64,000 bases of DNA, from assembly GCA_032718475.1 (NCBI GenBank), contig JAUCBJ010008244.1, forward strand, positions 1-64,000, read 5' to 3'. The notes beneath the pieces were generated by a model. It searched no databases and was not told the DNA's origin. It was given only the letters and a program-made list of their open reading frames with translations. Both the position numbers and the translations under genes were made by a program. Source of the DNA: Nemertoderma westbladi. Its lineage: Eukaryota > Animalia > Xenacoelomorpha. Shown in pieces: positions 1 through 12,577 of this stretch (the first letter of the stretch is position 1; the number at the start of each line of letters is the position of its first letter).

Positions 1-388
1 CAGTAAGACTGAACACTCTCCTTATGATCGGCAGGAAAGCTACACGTCGACAGGAAAAACCGCCCTGATTGGCCCAAGCCAAACAAAGAACCACGCGGCC
101 AATGGCTGTTTCCATGTCAGCAACCAGCTGCTAGATGTCGTAATATGAATCATCACGGCTAAGCTGTGAAAGGTGGTTGGTGCATTACAAGTTTTTTGTC
201 TTACCATGTCCACTAAAACACGTATATAGCAGAATTACTTTTATGTCCGTTAAAACCCCTGTAAAGGTACCTTGCGGGCGAGGGGAATATATATACAGCT
301 AGAAAACCTTTTTTAGAGTATTCCAGCGCCTGGGGGGGAACTGGCCAGCAAAGGCAAATGTATCAGTTATCCCACAAAAGCTTTTACA
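1..388 (-). mobile_element. Partial LTR (5' end on the minus strand) of a diverged relative of BEL/Pao element 2
   Basis: Aligns by eye to 27723-28110 and 37452-37839 with many substitutions; ends ...CTTTTACA at 388 like those LTRs; runs off the window start. Confidence 0.85.
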
Positions 389-3300
389 GAAATAAAGTAA
401 CTAGTCGGATCACCTAAGTAGAAATAAAAGGAGGGAAATAAAGTAACTAGTCGGTACAACTAAGTAGAAATACAAGGAGGGAAATAAAGTAACTAATCGG
501 TACAACTAAGTAGAAATAAAAGGAGGGAAATAAAGTAACTAATCGGTACAACTAAGTAGAAATACAAGGAGGGAAATAAAGTAACTAGTCGGTACAACTA
601 AGTAGAAATACAAGGAGGGAAATAAAGTAACTAATCGGTACAACTAAGTAGAAATACAAGGAGGGAAATAAAGTAACTAGTCGGTACAACTAAGTAGAAA
701 TAAAAGGAGGGAAATAAAGTAACTAATCGGTACAACTAAGTAGAAATACAAGGAGGGAAATAAAGTAATTTGTCGGATCACCTAAGCAGAAATAAAAGGA
801 GGGAAATAAAGTAACTAGTCGGATCACCTAAGTAGAAATAAAAGGAGGGAAATAAAGTAACTAATCGGTACAACTAAGTAGAAATAAAAGGAGGGAAATA
901 AAGTAACTAATCGGTACAACTAAGAAGAAATACAAGGAGGGAAATAAAGTAACTAGTCGGATCACCTAAGTAGAAATAAAAGGAGGGAAATAAAGTAACT
1001 AATCGGTACAACTAAGTAGAAATAAAAGGAGGGAAATAAAGTAACTAATCGGTACAACTAAGTAGAAATACAAGGAGGGAAATAAAGTAATTTGTCGGAT
1101 CACCTAAGCAGAAATAAAAGGAGGGAAATAAAGTAACTAGTCGGATCACCTAAGTAGAAATAAAAGGAGGGAAATAAAGTAACTAGTCGGATCACCTAAG
1201 TAGAAATACAAGGAGGGAAATAAAGTAACTAGTCGGATCACCTAAGTAGAAATAAAAGGAGGGAAATAAAGTAACTAGTCGGTACAACTAAGTAGAAATA
1301 AAAGGAGGGAAATAAAGTAACTAGTCGGATCACCTAAGTAGAAATAAAAGGAGGGAAATAAAGTAACTAGTCGGTACAACTAAGTAGAAATACAAGGAGG
1401 GAAATAAAGTAATTTGTCGGATCACCTAAGCAGAAATAAAAGGAGGGAAATAAAGTAACTAGTCGGATCACCTAAGTAGAAATAAAAGGAGGGAAATAAA
1501 GTAACTAGTCGGTACAACTAAGTAGAAATACAAGGAGGGAAATAAAGTAACTAATCGGTACAACTAAGTAGAAATAAAAGGAGGGAAATAAAGTAACTAA
1601 TCGGTACAACTAAGTAGAAATACAAGGAGGGAAATAAAGTAACTAGTCGGTACAACTAAGTAGAAATACAAGGAGGGAAATAAAGTAACTAGTCGGATCA
1701 CCTAAGCATACATAAAAGGAGGGAAATAAAGTAACTAGTCGGTACAACTAAGTAGAAATACAAGGAGGTAAATAAAGTAATTAGTCGGATCACCTAAGCA
1801 GAAATAAAAGGAGGGAAATAAAGTAACTAGTCGGATCACCTAAGTAGAAATAAAAGGAGGGAAATAAAGTAACTAGTCGGATCACCTAAGCATACATAAA
1901 AGGAGGGAAATAAAGTAACTAGTCGGTACAACTAAGTAGAAATACAAGGAGGGAAATAAAGTAACTAGTCGGATCACCTAAGCATACATAAAAGGAGGGA
2001 AATAAAGTAACTAGTCGGTACAACTAAGTAGAAATACAAGGAGGTAAATAAAGTAATTAGTCGGATCACCTAAGCAGAAATAAAAGGAGGGAAATAAAGT
2101 AACTAGTCGGATCACCTAAGTAGAAATAAAAGGAGGGAAATAAAGTAACTAGTCGGTACAACTAAGTAGAAATACAAGGAGGGAAATAAAGTAACTAGTC
2201 GGTACAACTAAGAAGAAATACAAGGAGGGAAATAAAGTAACTAATCGGTACAACTAAGTAGAAATACAAGGAGGGAAATAAAGTAACTAGTCGGTACAAC
2301 TAAGTAGAAATACAAGGAGGTAAATAAAGTAATTAGTCGGTACAACTAAGTAGAAATACAAGGAGGGAAATAAAGTAACTAGTCGGATCACCTAAGTAGA
2401 AATAAAAGGAGGGAAATAAAGTAACTAATCGGTACAACTAAGTAGAAATAAAAGGAGGGAAATAAAGTAACTAATCGGTACAACTAAGTAGAAATACAAG
2501 GAGGGAAATAAAGTAATTTGTCGGATCACCTAAGCAGAAATAAAAGGAGGGAAATAAAGTAACTAGTCGGATCACCTAAGTAGAAATAAAAGGAGGGAAA
2601 TAAAGTAACTAGTCGGTACAACTAAGTAGAAATACAAGGAGGGAAATAAAGTAACTAGTCGGATCACCTAAGTAGAAATAAAAGGAGGGAAATAAAGTAA
2701 CTAGTCGGTACAACTAAGTAGAAATAAAAGGAGGGAAATAAAGTAACTAGTCGGATCACCTAAGTAGAAATAAAAGGAGGGAAATAAAGTAACTAGTCGG
2801 TACAACTAAGTAGAAATACAAGGAGGGAAATAAAGTAATTAGTCGGATCACCTAAGTAGAAATAAAAGGAGGGGAATAAAGTAACTAGTCGGTACAACTA
2901 AGTAGAAATACAAGGAGGGAAATAAAGTAATTAGTCGGATCACCTAAGTAGAAATAAAAGGAGGGAAATAAAGTAACTAGTCGGTACAACTAAGTAGAAA
3001 TAAAAGGAGGGAAATAAAGTAACTAATCGGTACAACTAAGTAGAAATACAAGGAGGGAAATAAAGTAATTTGTCGGATCACCTAAGCAGAAATAAAAGGA
3101 GGGAAATAAAGTAACTAATCGGTACAACTAAGTAGAAATACAAGGAGGGAAATAAAGTAACTAGTCGGTACAACTAAGTAGAAATACAAGGAGGTAAATA
3201 AAGTAACTAGTCGGATCACCTAAGTAGAAATAAAAGGAGGGAAATAAAGTAACTAGTCGGTACAACTAAGTAGAAATAAAAGGAGGGAAATAAAGTAACT

Positions 3301-5338
3301 AATCGGTACAACTAAGTAGAAATAAAAGGAGGGAAATAAAGTAACTAGTCGGATCACCTAAGTAGAAATACAAGGAGGGAAATAAAGTAATTAGTCGGAT
3401 CGCCTAAGTAGAAATAAAAGGAGGGAAATAAAGTTACTAATCGGTACAACTAAGTAGAAATAAAAGGAGGGAAATAAAGTAACTAGTCGGATCACCTAAG
3501 TAGAAATACAAGGAGGGAAATAAAGTAATTAGTCGGATCGCCTAAGTAGAAATAAAAGGAGGGAAATAAAGTAACTAATCGGTACAACTAAGTAGAAATA
3601 AAAGGAGGGAAATAAAGTAACTAGTCGGTACAACTAAGAAGAAATAAAAGAGGGGAAATAAAGTAATTAGTCGGTACAACTAAGTAGAAATAAAAGGAGG
3701 GAAATAAAGTAATTAGTCGGTACAACTAAGTAGAAATAAAAGGAGGGAAATAAAGTAACTAGTCGGTACAACTAAGTAGAAATACAAGGAGGGAAATAAA
3801 GTAACTAGTCGGATCACCTAAGTAGAAATAAAAGGAGGGAAATAAAGTAACTAGTCGGTACAACTAAGTAGAAATACAAGGAGGGAAATAAAGTAACTAG
3901 TCGGATCACCTAAGTAGAAATAAAAGGAGGGAAATAAAGTAACTAGTCGGTACAACTAAGAAGAAATAAAAGAGGGGAAATAAAGTAATTAGTCGGTACA
4001 ACTAAGTAGAAATAAAAGGAGGGAAATAAAGTAACTAGTCGGATCACCTAAGTAGAAATAAAAGGAGGGAAATAAAGTAACTAGTCGGTACAACTAAGTA
4101 GAAATACAAGGAGGGAAATAAAGTAACTAGTCGGATCACCTAAGTAGAAATAAAAGGAGGGAAATAAAGTAACTAGTCGGTACAACTAAGTAGAAATACA
4201 AGGAGGGAAATAAAGTTACTAGTCGGATCACCTAAGTAGAAATAAAAGGAGGGAAATAAAGTAACTAGTCGGTACAACTAAGTAGAAATAAAAGGAGGGA
4301 AATAAAGTAACTAATCGGTACAACTAAGTAGAAATAAAAGGAGGGAAATAAAGTAACTAGTCGGATCACCTAAGCAGAAATAAAAGGGGGGAAATAAAGT
4401 AATTAGTCGGATCGCCTAAGTAGAAATAAAAGGAGGGAAATAAAGTTACTAATCGGTACAACTAAGTAGAAATAAAAGGAGGGAAATAAAGTAACTAGTC
4501 GGATCACCTAAGTAGAAATACAAGGAGGGAAATAAAGTAATTAGTCGGATCGCCTAAGTAGAAATAAAAGGAGGGAAATAAAGTTACTAATCGGTACAAC
4601 TAAGTAGAAATAAAAGGAGGGAAATAAAGTAACTAGTCGGATCACCTAAGTAGAAATACAAGGAGGGAAATAAAGTAATTAGTCGGATCGCCTAAGTAGA
4701 AATAAAAGGAGGGAAATAAAGTTACTAATCGGTACAACTAAGTAGAAATAAAAGGAGGGAAATAAAGTAATTAGTCGGATCGCCTAACTAGAAATAAAAG
4801 GAGGGAAATAAAGTAACTAATCGGTACAACTAAGTAGAAATAAAAGGAGGGAAATAAAGTAACTAGTCGGATCACCTAAGTAGAAATACAAGGAGGGAAA
4901 TAAAGTAATTAGTCGGATCGCCTAAGTAGAAATAAAAGGAGGGAAATAAAGTTACTAATCGGTACAACTAAGTAGAAATAAAAGGAGGGAAATAAAGTAA
5001 CTAGTCGGATCACCTAAGTAGAAATACAAGGAGGGAAATAAAGTAATTAGTCGGATCGCCTAAGTAGAAATAAAAGGAGGGAAATAAAGTAACTAATCGG
5101 TACAACTAAGAAGAAATAAAAGAGGGGAAATAAAGTAATTAGTCGGTACAACTAAGTAGAAATAAAAGGAGGGAAATAAAGTAACTAGTCGGTACAACTA
5201 AGTAGAAATAAAAGGAGGGAAATAAAGTAATTAGTCTGATCACCTAAGCAGAAATAAAAGGAGGGAAATAAAGTAACTAGTCGGATCACCTAAGTAGAAA
5301 TAAAAGGAGGGAAATAAAGTAACTAGTCGGATCACCTA
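389..5338. repeat. 46-bp tandem minisatellite, roughly 107 copies
   Basis: Unit GAAATAAAGTAACTAGTCGG(TACAA/ATCAC)CTAAGTAGAAATAMAAGGAGG repeated head-to-tail with no spacers. Confidence 0.98.
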
Positions 5339-5707
5339 GTATAATTCCAATAAGTATATTGGTTTGTTTTATAGGTAGTTGGTGCTTTCACCCAGAAACC
5401 ACTACACCAAGGTGTGACACTGGTAGCACATGAAAGCAATTGATGGTCTACCGTCTAAATATAAAGTCAGCCCGCGTATAAAGTTATACATTGCATATTT
5501 ACATTCCGATCTACATTACACACGGATACAGGTAATATTTCCATTTTCAAATAAATTAAAAAGGGTCGATGCTACGGGGTGGGGGTATCTCTGGTTCGAG
5601 TTCCACCAGGAAGAACTAGAGTATAGGCGCCGCCACCATATGACACCTTCCGTTGTAAAGAAATCAACCTCTTAATAAAATAGTTTAATTTCTGGAAATT
5701 TACTTAC

Positions 5708-5924
5708 CTATGTTCAGCAAGAAATTGTTGACAATTAGGATTGGGATTAACTAAAGTGTCTCCCAGCGTATCCAAACAGCCAGGAGATTGGGAAGTGCCA
5801 TAGCCGTTGCAGATAAGAGGACAAGTAGAGACCATATAGTCTGGGTTGGACCGACATTCACCTCGCTGTGCCCAGTATAGACAGTATTCCTTCTGTGAAC
5901 AAAAATTACGTGCCGAAGATATAC
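5708..5924 (-). CDS. Internal exon of a host gene encoding an ShK (ShKT) domain
   Basis: Open minus-strand frame ...FCSQKEYCLYWAQRGECRSNPDYMVSTCPLICNG... matches the ShK pattern C-x2-WA-x2-GEC-x2-NP-x-YM-x3-CP-x2-C; bounded by CAG acceptor (5925) and GTAAGT donor (5707). Not in the ORF track. Confidence 0.75.
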
Positions 5925-5947
5925 CTGATTAGTCTTTACAGAAATAG

Positions 5948-8900
5948 TTTAGAGAACTACCCCGTTCCAACTTATATAATTTAGAGAACAACCTTGTTCC
6001 AACTTATATAATTTAGAGAACTACCCCGTTCCAACGTATATAATTTAGAGAACTACCCCGTTCCAACCTATATAATTTAGAGAACTACCCCGTTCCAACT
6101 TATATAATTTAGAGAACTACCCCGTTCCAACGTATATAATTTAGAGACCTACCCCGTTCCAACTTATATAATTTGGAGAACTACCCCGTTCCAACTTATA
6201 TAATTTAGAGAACTACCCCGTTCCAACTTATATAATTTAGAGAATTACCCCGTTCCAACGTATATAATTTAGAGACCTACCCCGTTCCAACTTATATAAT
6301 TTAGAGAACTACCCCGTTCCAACTTATATAATTTAGAGAACTACCCAGTTCCAACTTATATAATTTAGAGAACTACCCCGTTCCAACTTATATAATTTAG
6401 AGAACTACCCCGTTCCAACTTATATAATTTAGAGAACTACCCCGTTCCAACTTATATAATTTAGAGAACTACCCCGTTCCAACTTATATAATTTAGAGAA
6501 CTACCCCGTTCCAACTTATATAATTTAGAGAACTACCCCGTTCCAACTTATATAATTTAGAGAACTACCCCGTTCCAACTTATATAATTTAGAGAACTAC
6601 CCCGTTCCAACTTATATAATTTAGAGAACTATCCAGTTCCAACTTATATAATTTAGAGAACTACCCCGTTCCAACTTATATAATTTAGAGAACTACCCCG
6701 TTCCAACTTATATAATTTAGAGAACTACCCCGTTCCAACTTATATAATTTAGAGAACTACCCCGTTCCAACTTATATAATTTAGAGAACTACCCCGTTCC
6801 AACTTATATAATTTAGAGAACTACCCCGTTCCAACTTATATAATTTAGAGAACTACCCCGTTCCAACTTATATAATTTAGAGAACTACCCCGTTCCAACT
6901 TATATAATTTAGAGAACTACCCCGTTCCAACCTATATAATTTAGAGAACTACCCCGTTCCAACTTATATAATTTAGAGAACTACCCCGTTCCAACTTATA
7001 TAATTTAGAGAACTACCCCGTTCCAACTTATATAATTTAGAGAACTACCCCGTTCCAACCTATATAATTTAGAGAACTACCCCGTTCCAACTTATATAAT
7101 TTAGAGAACTACCCCGTTCCAACTTATATAATTTAGAGAACTACCCCGTTCCAACCTATATAATTTAGAGAACTACCCCGTTCCAACTTATATAATTTAG
7201 AGAACTACCCCGTTCCAACCTATATAATTTAGAGAACTACCCCGTTCCAACTTATATAATTTAGAGAACTACCCCGTTCCAACTTATATAATTTAGAGAA
7301 CTACCCCGTTCCAACCTATATAATTTAGAGAACTACCCCGTTCCAACCTATATAATTTAGAGAACTACCCCGTTCCAACTTATATAATTTAGAGAACTAC
7401 CCCGTTCCAACCTATATAATTTAGAGAGCTACCCCGTTCCAACCTATATAATTTAGAGAACTACCCCGTTCCAACTTATATAATTTAGAGAACTACCCCG
7501 TTCCAACTTATATAATTTAGAGAACTACCCCGTTCCAACCTATATAATTTAGAGAACTACCCCGTTCCAACTTATATAATTTAGAGAACTACCCCGTTCC
7601 AACCTATATAATTTAGAGAACTACCCCGTTCCAACTTATATAATTTAGAGAACTACCCCGTTCCAACTTATATAATTTAGAGAACTACCCCGTTCCAACT
7701 TATATAATTTAGAGAACTACCCCGTTCCAACTTATATAATTTAGAGAACTACCCCGTTCCAACTTATATAATTTAGAGAACTACCCCGTTCCAACTTATA
7801 TAATTTAGAGAACTACCCCGTTCCAACCTATATAATTTAGAGAACTACCCCGTTCCAACTTATATAATTTAGAGAACTACCCCGTTCCAACTTATATAAT
7901 TTAGAGAACTACCCCGTTCCAACCTATATAATTTAGAGAACTACCCCGTTCCAACTTATATAATTTAGAGAACTACCCCGTTCCAACCTATATAATTTAG
8001 AGAACTACCCCGTTCCAACTTATATAATTTAGAGAACTACCCCGTTCCAACTTATATAATTTAGAGAACTACCCCGTTCCAACTTATATAATTTAGAGAA
8101 CTACCCCGTTCCAACTTATATAATTTAGAGAACTACCCCGTTCCAACTTATATAATTTAGAGAACTACCCCGTTCCAACTTATATAATTTAGAGAACTAC
8201 CCCGTTCCAACTTATATAATTTAGAGAACAACCCCGTTCCAACTTATATAATTTAGAGAACTACCCCGTTCCAACCTATATAATTTAGAGAACTACCCCG
8301 TTCCAACTTATATAATTTAGAGAACTACCCCGTTCCAACTAATATAATTTAGAGAACTACCCCGTTCCAACTTATATAATTTAGAGAACTACCCCGTTCC
8401 AACTTATATAATTTAGAGAACTACCCCGTTCCAACTTATATAATTTAGAGAACTACCCCGTTCCAACTTATATAATTTAGAGAACTACCCCGTTCCAACT
8501 TATATAATTTAGAGAACTACCCCGTTCCAACTTATATAATTTAGAGAACTACCCCGTTCCAACCTATATAATTTAGAGACCTACCCCGTTCCAAATTATA
8601 TAATTTAGAGAACTACCCCGTTCCAACTTATATAATTTAGAGAACTACCCCGTTCCAACTAATATAATTTAGAGAACTACCCCGTTCCAACTTATATAAT
8701 TTAGAGAACTACCCCGTTCCAACTTATATAATTTAGAGAACTACCCCGTTCCAACTTATATAATTTAGAGAACTACCCCGTTCCAACCTATATAATTTAG
8801 AGACCTACCCCGTTCCAACTTATATAATTTAGAGAACTACCCCGTTCCAACTTATATAATTTAGAGAACTACCCCGTTCCAACTTATATAATTTAGAGAA

Positions 8901-9010
8901 CTACCCCGTTCCAACTTATATAATTTAGAGAACTACCCCGTTCCAACTTATATAATTTAGAGAACTACCCCGTTCCAACTTATATAATTTAGAGAACTAC
9001 CCCGTTCCAA
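5948..9010. repeat. 32-bp tandem minisatellite, roughly 96 copies
   Basis: Unit TTAGAGAACTACCCCGTTCCAACTTATATAAT, very homogeneous. Confidence 0.98.
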
Positions 9011-9073
9011 TCGAAAAATCGGAAAATCATAAATTCGATTTTAGGTATATAGGTAGATGCAAACATAATTCAA

Positions 9074-9866
9074 TTACTACTACTAGGTCGAGCGAACTCA
9101 GACAGTGGAAATGAGATCCTTCCAGGCTTCCCGATTCTCCATAGTTGTCGCAATTACGTTTCTCCCTAGTTCACTATCCCTTTCAAGTTGATCTATATAT
9201 ATGTTATGGCCGGTCGTCCACGACTACGCTTTCCATGAGTTGGTTGCCAGAAAAGTATATCTGGTATGACCTCGTCTTTACTTCTCCAGCAGTGCCCACT
9301 GAATCTTAATCTGCGTTCACGGAGGGTGGTTGATACAGGCGGTATTGTACCATAAAGCTCGGCGTTTGTCATGTGTTGTCTCAAGCTGATGTTTAGGGTT
9401 GCCCTTAGTAGTCTTGTGTAGCAACCATAAATTCGTTGTTCAAGTGATTTAGTCAGTGTCCAGGTCTCACCCCCGTATAAAAATACACTTTCCACTGTGG
9501 CTCGAAAGAACTTACTCTTCAGGTGCCTGGAGAGATCTGATTTCGAGATGGCATCCATTTTTGATAGAGCTACCCAAGCCTTTGCTTTCCTAACTTCTAT
9601 GTCCTTTTTGCTACTCTCTATCCATGATCCAAGGTACTGGAAGTCGTCGACCTTCCTTAGTTGATTATTATCAATTGTTGTCAAGTTTCCATTAACATTA
9701 AAAGTCATGAATTCGGTCTTGGTAGCATTTATATGCAATCTAACCTCCTTAGCAGCCCTCTCCACTTTATTCCGTAGAAACTGTGCATCTGCTGGCGTTA
9801 CAGCGAGCAGGGCGATGTCATCCGCAAAGTCTGTGTCTGTGACTGTAGTTGCCGGATATCTACTAC
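9074..9866 (-). mobile_element. RTE-clade non-LTR retrotransposon, 3' part (RT C-terminus)
   Basis: ORF 9193-9765 (FQYLGS, YGGETWTLTK, RLRFSGH, RSRGRP); DFADDIALL at ~9810-9835; short (TAG)n tail near 9074-9085. Confidence 0.9.
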
Positions 9867-9994
9867 TATAGAATTATATTCCCTAAATGCCGTGGATTTT
9901 CAAAATTTTTATTTTATTCGAATTAACTTTGTAAAAGATTACTTTGAGTCCTCATTTGTATTTGATTTATCATTTGTACGACCTTTAGTCAAGT

Positions 9995-10081
9995 GGTTCA
10001 GTAGCTCAGTCGGTAGAGCGTTGGAAATTATATGTGTAGTAGGTATTGAGTTCGAATCCTAGTAAGCGCGAATTATTTTTT
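9995..10081 (+). ncRNA. tRNA-derived Pol III-type unit in the LTR (second copy 24481-24567); not an intact tRNA
   Basis: A box and D-arm TAGCTCAGTCGGTAGAGC, B box GAGTTCGAATCC, T6 run at 10076-10081; acceptor and anticodon stems do not pair. Confidence 0.6.
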
Positions 10082-10147
10082 GTGCAGAATTTCAACTCAT
10101 TTAAATTGACCGCTACAAATTAAATTGCATTTGTCTGTACCTAGATT

Positions 10148-10424
10148 AACCAATGAGACTGTAGTTATTTGATTGTAACCAATGTCGTGCAAGTTATATA
10201 TTAGCTGGACCAATAGTTATCTTTAAAAACCTGTTAGAACCTATAGAACAATCGAGAATTTTCTCGATTGATTGCAGCACAAATTTGCTATATAAAGGTG
10301 CGATTTGTTCATTAGTTATCAATCTTAATCTATCTCTCTATATTCAATTATTCTGAGTTATCTGATATTTGTTTATTCTGTTATTAGTATTCAGATTACA
10401 TTTTGTATAATTATCTGCAATAAA
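10148..10424 (+). promoter_or_regulatory. Putative LTR Pol II promoter and poly(A) signal
   Basis: Three CCAAT boxes (~10150, 10179, 10210), palindrome 10249-10270, TATATAAA 10289-10296, AATAAA ~10419. Confidence 0.55.
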
Positions 10425-12577
10425 TTCAGAAATACCGCTATCTGCTGTTCTTTCACCATGATTCACTACGGTGAACAAACTTAAGAACAGGATGGCCGGC
10501 TAGAGATCGGGCCGCAGCAATGAACGGGAACATCGGGGGAATGTAGACAAGAGACAACCCGCAATACCATCTCAGTTATTCGCCCATCGCCTGAAAGGTT
10601 AGACAGCGTTCGACGCCTTGCTACCTAAGTGTAAGACCAAAGATCAAAAGGTAGAAGTATTGACACGCTGTGAGCCTAAAATTACATCTTAGGGACTGTA
10701 CTGTCTTGATTCAGGAAAAAACCACAGTAGACCTTCACATTCCTACGGGGGGAGAGCAGGCAGATACTAGTACGCAGATAGGACATAGGCACACCGGTAC
10801 GAAGCATACACATTGGTAGGGTGCAGCAAACTGTACGCCTAACTCTTGCTAAGTACAGGTGCGTTTGCGACTATTTGTGGTACAACGGTGTCCATTGCAT
10901 TAGAACTTGTAGGCTAGGAAGGTTGTTGTGTTTCACCTGAATTGGGATTGTACCGTTCAGGCGGTAGGGCAGTTTACAACTAGGCGCAAATAAATTGAGG
11001 CTATTAGGGATATACTAACATCTACCGTGTCCCCACCAACGTCCTAATAGGAAGTTACCCAGCCTACCTAGGTGACTAAAATTCTAGATAGGAAGCCAGG
11101 ATAGCTATTAGTAACTGTACGCCTACAGTAGTAAACTAACACATTTCTTCTTAGTATTAGGGGCCTGGTAAATTAAAATTGCCGAATTCTGGGCGTAGCA
11201 TTAACCTTATGCCTGAATTTGAGTCCTGGAAATACGCAAGAGGGGAAGGAACCTTATCATTCGTGAGTATTGGACCTACAAGTTACAAAATTAGAATATT
11301 CGTAAAATGCACACCGTACCCAGTAATTATATATGTGAAGGAGCAAAACTGTTTTGACCGTTCAGAATTAACACACGCGCGTTAGAAATTATTTACACCT
11401 CAAAATATATAAAATTAACTTTTGTCCGTACTGTGCTTTGCCCGCTAGTTAGACATCTCCAAATCTCTGCCTCTGTACCTAGCTAGCGTCCCTTCGCCCA
11501 ACCATATAAATCACACCGCGGCAAAGTATACGAGCCCCTTAGTCCGTCAGTGAGTCAGCCTGATTTTAGGATTCGCTGCGCGGGATTTTGTTTTATCGAA
11601 GTTTGTCTGCTCGTAGACTGTTTTCTGCCTCACCGGTTATAAGAGATCGATACTGCAATATATTCGCTTACTTAGAGTTTACTGTTTTGGTGAGAAGGTC
11701 GGATTTATGATTTGATTCACAAACTTTACAGTAAGATATTGCAGGTATTGTTACTGTCTCTTCCATATAGTAGGAATGTGTTTTACTGAACTACGGTTCG
11801 GTAGGACTAAAGTTATTTGAAAATTTTGTATTTTGAGGTAAAAATTTATATTTGATTAGCTAAGTGCTAATTTTTTGAAATAAAATTTGATTTGAACCGC
11901 GTGTAAAATATTTTTGGAATTGAATACCGGTGTTTAAAAGGGTTTAAATACCATATTGTACCGGTACAAAATTTTCGTAAAAGTAAAACCTAACTCTTTT
12001 TTTTTTCAGGATTCAGTTCTCATTTCTAGACTGTAACGGGAGCAAGACCGTGTTTAGCAAGTTTGGGAGATAGATAACTCAACAACTTTGGTTGGGAAAA
12101 TCGCGCTTCGTCCGCAACGCTGAAAACGGAAAGGTTCACGTCCGGTTTGTATCTGGGAATCTGTTTTTCTGGAGAATTATTGGAGTGGGTGAGTTCGAAA
12201 AGTTGCATAAATAAGTTAGGCATTACCGTATTAGTTAAAATTATTGTGGGTTCCACTGTCTCAAGTATTTATGCATTCCGTATGATTTCTTTGTTCATTG
12301 CTGAATTAGTCCGTATTATTGTATTTAATTTACCTTTTGATAACGCATATCGTTATCCGATTTATTTGTTATAAAATTGGCCGCTAGGCTAATTTTATTA
12401 TATACTTATTCCGTGACATTTATTTACTGTAAAATTGGCCGTCTAGGCTAATTTTATCCATCTGCTATAAAATCGGCCGGTAGGCTAATTTTATATGACT
12501 GTAATTAGTACCGTTTAGATAAAATACGGTAAATTTGATACTTTGACACTCACTTTACTTGACTTACAACTACCGAA

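Larger units (their letters stand above)
9867..11769 (+). repeat. 5' LTR of element 1
   Basis: Direct repeat of 24353-26255 with about 8 substitutions seen; termini TATAG...ATATA. Confidence 0.97.

Noticed and set aside
5430-5675. 81-aa plus-strand ORF or further ShK-gene exons
   Set aside because: No recognisable domain; downstream splice phases are ambiguous
389-9010. CRISPR-like appearance of the two arrays
   Set aside because: No unique spacers and no cas genes; eukaryotic minisatellites
9995-10070. Functional tRNA gene
   Set aside because: Acceptor and anticodon stems do not pair
11179-11385. 68-aa ORF in both LTRs, and other short or antisense ORFs in the track
   Set aside because: Non-ATG starts or shadows of real ORFs, no recognisable motifs; duplication explained by the LTRs
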